Source of the DNA: a candidate division WOR-3 bacterium
Lineage (GTDB): Bacteria; Hydrothermota; 32-111
Direction: 5' to 3'
DNA: 64,000 nt
Assembly (NCBI GenBank): GCA_037481815.1
Contig: JBBFKX010000002.1
Coordinates: forward strand, 256,001 to 320,000
Shown: positions 62,201 to 64,000 of the stretch, piece after piece
How positions within the stretch are numbered: the first letter of the stretch is position 1
How the letters are laid out: each line of letters begins with the position of its first letter
Translations under genes and position numbers: made by a program
Notes under the pieces: model-generated
Database searches by the model: none
The model's input: only the letters and a program-made list of their open reading frames with translations
Told to the model about the DNA's origin: nothing

Positions 62201-64000
62201 GTTAAAGAATCGGTTGTGCTTGTCACTTTCAACTTTATCGAATCTGAAACAACAAGCGAAGGTATCGACCATCTGTAATATCCATTATTTGTAGTTGAAG
62301 AAATAATAGTATTCCATGTATTCCCGTTGTTTGTAGAGTATTCAATCTTTACATTGGAAACATTCCCATTATTCTTCCAATGGATAGGTAATATATTCCC
62401 AGAAATAAAACTCTCACCTCCATTTGGTGAAAGTATCGTTAGAGTTGGTGATACTATTGAAAAATTGTTATCAGAAATATCCTGAGTGTTTCCATCAGTT
62501 GTACTTGTTATTCTAACCTTTACATTTGAAGAGACAACAGAAGGGACTGTCCAGTTGAATACACCATCGTTTGGGTCGGAGGGGTCAATTGAAATCCAGT
62601 TTATTCCATCTGTTGAGTATTCTATCATAACATTTGCAAAAGTTCCCTGACTTCTCCATCTGATTGGATAAATCTCGCCACCAACCAAACTCTCCCCTCC
62701 ATTTGGAGAGACGATTGTGAGTGAAGGAGAAACTACTGAAAAAACTCCATTGGAAACATCAAAAGTGTTTATTGGATCCTGATTGTTTGAAACTCTAAAA
62801 AGAACATTTGAACTGACTGCTGTTGATGGAACAGCCCATATAAAAGAACCATCATTTAAAGTATCAGAATTAATAATTTTGTTCCATGTCGATCCACCAT
62901 CGGTTGAGTATTCAAGTTTTACATAAGAAAAACTACCGATCCAATTCCATTCAATCGGGAAATATTCACCTGCAATTATAGTTTCTCCGCCATTTGGTGA
63001 AACAAGCGTAATTTGTGCAGGGATAATTGAAAACTGCGAACTCACAGCATAATTAGATGGATCAGAAACATCCGAAACTTTTATCAAAACATTTGAACTT
63101 ATTGTTGAAGGTGTTGTCCAGAAGTATGAACCTTCATTTACAGTTGAACTGACTATGACATTCCAGGTAGAGCCATTATCGGTAGAATATTCTATCTTCA
63201 CATTTGAGATCTCCCCATTATTGATCCATTCTATTTGATATACATTTCCTACCAAAAGTGAATCGTTTGATTTTGGTGATTTAACAGTTATCGTTGGCTT
63301 GGAAATTGAGAATTTTTTTGAAACAGCAAAGGAGTTTAAAGTATCAGAAAGATTCAAAACTTTTATGAAGCAATCATTTGAATTTAAGTTAGGGATGGTC
63401 CAGATATAAGTGCCAGTATTTGAATCACTATTAGTAATAACATTCCATGTCAATCCATTATCCGAAGAATATTCAATTTTTATATTTGGGAAATATGTAT
63501 CATAAGTGTAATTTATTGAAACTTTTTCTCCAGACAGAAATGAAACACCAGAATCGGGAGAAATGATTTTTATAGATGGTGAAGAAATTGTAAATGTGTT
63601 ATCAGAGATATCAAAAGAATTGTTATCAGAACTGTTTCTTACTCTCACCTTATAATTTGTTGATGGTGTCAAAGTTGAAGGTATATTCCAGATATAGGAA
63701 CCATCATTTGTTTCCGATGAAATTATCGAGTTCCATGTTGTTCCACCATCAGAAGAATAATCTATATTCACAGATGAAAAATCACTGTCACTGTTCCATA
63801 AAATAGGATATTTTTCTCCAGTTTTATATGCTTCTCCACCGTTGGGAGATAAAAGATTTATCTGAGGTGATTTTACCACAAAAGTTGTATCACTTATATC
63901 ATATGATGTCACATCCGAAGAGTTTGTGATTTTTAAAAGATAACTTGAAGATGTTGTTGATGGAACAGTCCAGACATAACTTCCATCATTTGGAGTGCTT
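56218..64000 (-). CDS. Giant secreted tandem-repeat surface protein with a T9SS type A CTD (5' end beyond the window)
   Basis: The frame stays open to 64000 (..STPNDGSYVWTVPSTTSSSYLLKITNSSDVTSYD..). It has 26 complete ~93-aa repeats (SPNGGE / Y.I.W / YS.DGG.TW / G.Y.W..P) and CTD VEIFDLSGR...GIYFIK. Confidence 0.88.
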   Translation of the reverse strand, partial: STPNDGSYVWTVPSTTSSSYLLKITNSSDVTSYDISDTTFVVKSPQINLLSPNGGEAYKTGEKYPILWNSDSDFSSVNIDYSSDGGTTWNSIISSETNDGSYIWNIPSTLTPSTNYKVRVRNSSDNNSFDISDNTFTISSPSIKIISPDSGVSFLSGEKVSINYTYDTYFPNIKIEYSSDNGLTWNVITNSDSNTGTYIWTIPNLNSNDCFIKVLNLSDTLNSFAVSKKFSISKPTITVKSPKSNDSLLVGNVYQIEWINNGEISNVKIEYSTDNGSTWNVIVSSTVNEGSYFWTTPSTISSNVLIKVSDVSDPSNYAVSSQFSIIPAQITLVSPNGGETIIAGEYFPIEWNWIGSFSYVKLEYSTDGGSTWNKIINSDTLNDGSFIWAVPSTAVSSNVLFRVSNNQDPINTFDVSNGVFSVVSPSLTIVSPNGGESLVGGEIYPIRWRSQGTFANVMIEYSTDGINWISIDPSDPNDGVFNWTVPSVVSSNVKVRITSTTDGNTQDISDNNFSIVSPTLTILSPNGGESFISGNILPIHWKNNGNVSNVKIEYSTNNGNTWNTIISSTTNNGYYRWSIPSLVVSDSIKLKVTSTTDSLTKDVSDGLISIKRPTIKVLTPNGFENLTVGEYTPIHWENDGQFSNVKIEYSTDGGTIWKTISSSETNDGNYIWKVPNDVSNNCIVRITNTSDNLSYDISDNKFSILKPTVSIFNPDSAAVLIVGNKYPIYWNWTGTVDSVIIELYYKVSGIVQSTFISTATMNTGSFIFTVPNYVSDSCWIKVTSTANDSVYSLSKVFSIVRPIYDIVQPNGGESFYRGEKLEINWDWIGGPDSVSLFYSFDGGINYNSLTTVKNTGSYLWRMPSYPFNTYKFKVMSNKDNYAYDESDNNFSANYPVLNIDQPDSSDTIYYNNYFPIYLSNRGFLNDSIIIQINSNKKGIINLGSFLINDVFFFKDTFTDSLSDTIEILVLDKTTGDTFDISDKITVLPYSTIDKIIFPNQNDTMYVDEFYYIVWNMDSIYSNYSVELLYSTDGVNYLQYGERISNQNYLLFKIPHNASSNNFNIKLEFYDSSDSLRKTLEKNNLVVKKSILEVVYPDNTDTLYVGRAHNIIWRTIKGQPGSVQIYYNTDGITWKEVKSQVPDTGSYLWTIPNEPTSNALIRIEEYGDNQVTAYSQSFVIKPQEIFITSPLTNDTFIAGRDYHISWYNLGGVDSVNIYYSIDGGSNWTFVTKQGNSNSYKWTVPNYSSDKALVKVEFTRNSNVFDVSDTFTIIPQNILVTYPDISTVWYAGNKYYITWDYTGNFSNVKITYSLDNGKNWNVITNSTTNSQSYLWTLPQNYSDSVLIKVANVDDTTKYDLSSLFKIIPQEITVKYPFSTESLISGKQYNITWTYKGLYDSSIVEYSTNNGTTWNTLGKTLSSNRYYLWTTPNVKSDSTLIRIVNKDNTSILGVSELFTISDKIITITSPKLNDEYIVGEKALITFDFLGSSNDSVIVSYSTDGGTIWTQIDTIPSSTQYLEWTVPNVISSNCYIRITCLRLTSSTATSERFSIIPQTINVTSPISGSEWVAGRKYYITWNYTGSFSNVDLEYSTNGGSTWQTITTTTNSKYYLWTLPNISSSNSLVRVKNSSNTSVFGVSPIFTMKYPSVTVVSPKLSDTLLCGKNYYITWYSNMGSGDSVVISYSKNGGTTYTIIDTISATQKYFKWKVPEVGATNCLIKVTGYESPVIEGYSNQFVMKEQSINITYPNINDTILSLSPFYLTWDYTGGIDTLVGEYSLDNGSNWTTFANSIVASNQNYLFNPFPISNSLQTLIRLKNKANVLVQDVSNQFVTVYPVINITSFKPNSSFIVGSKIFITWKNDGLIDKVNIYYSTDNGASWNSIVSSYTNSGYYEWTVPNYISDSCFVKVSYSSLENVYDVSERFSIIPQTIVLFSPSLNDSLMVSKTYPITWYNTGTVDNVMLEYSLDGGSIWNTITGSTVNNKYYEWTLPTTLSSTSNGLIRIRNVGNLNVFDLSDNFRIIPQKLEITYPTLNSQFFVSRKYIITWKTFGTVSTVNLYYSLDNGANWISLASNLTNNGYYEWTVPDVNSNLVLIRVTNSNNESIYDDSEVFSIVPQLVLVNSPISTDRWIVGRKYFVTWTNIGTVSKVRIEYSYNDGASWNMVVDNLSNTNSYEWTIPNTPSENCFVKVSNYDNTSVYGTSSKFAIPLQTIEVLSPKSTDDYVSGNKYFITWKYTGTISNVDIQYSKDNGATWIYVATGVANNGYYEWTVPTEDSDNCLIKVLNSSNNNVYGVSERFTILPQNIMVTSPSSSDTMIAGRKYYITWRNSGAFTNCDIFYSTDLGLQWRSIASGVSNTGYYEWTIPDIAVSDMALIKISNSSQSTIYGISDTFVISKPIVKFTSPVLGNVFETTKKYYFTWTTLGTILQYNLEISYDKGVSWIQIIANQNNSGNYEWTVPSGMYSDSCMLKLTSSSNSSIYYYSDLFSIVSYSNIDNMSVLKNKNIKYFNLKMNNSINEKILFMEIPEDCYTRVEIFDLSGRSVGKVYDGKINSGVHRFELENYITSQGIYFIKVLSNKNGKIVYEKNIKILNLR

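Noticed and set aside
56218..64000. DGR target, recent tandem amplification or RHS toxin
   Set aside because: The repeat copies are highly diverged at DNA level, with no template/variable pair, no reverse transcriptase and no RHS core.
1..64000. tRNA, rRNA, riboswitch, IS or prophage elements
   Set aside because: Intergenic gaps are short (at most about 130 nt) and AT-rich, and no transposase, integrase or phage motifs were recognised.

Overview
This is a gene-dense, very AT-rich core-chromosome window from a diderm bacterium. T9SS-type C-terminal domains, a C25/PorV pair and a DAP-type MurE suggest an FCB-associated lineage such as WOR-3/TA06, but that placement is inference. In order, the window holds: (1) a minus-strand housekeeping run (M23 peptidase, dusB, methyltransferase, EndoQ-like PHP nuclease, HIT, membrane protein, then a frameshift-free prfB); (2) a dcw cluster from mraZ to ftsZ, lacking ddl and carrying an extra STAS gene; (3) a long translationally coupled minus-strand unit joining a T9SS-CTD protein, a PorU-like C25 protease and a PorV-like barrel to holA, a CdvA-like coiled-coil/Zn-ribbon protein and a wzx/GT/wzy-waaL glycan locus; (4) TPR-TPR-acidic-pyrR-pyrB-pyrC ending in a divergent class III nucleotidyl cyclase; (5) rho-rpmE and an orphan chemoreceptor; (6) an operon headed by a >2,590-aa protein with at least 26 tandem ~93-aa repeats and a T9SS CTD. 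No tRNA, rRNA, CRISPR or mobile element was seen. The best candidates for undescribed biology are a T9SS-like sorting/anchoring module linked to a glycan locus, with strong D-(S/T)-hydrophobic O-glycosylation-motif enrichment in exported proteins, and the cyclase coupled to pyrimidine biosynthesis. All calls are from manual motif reading; no searches were run.
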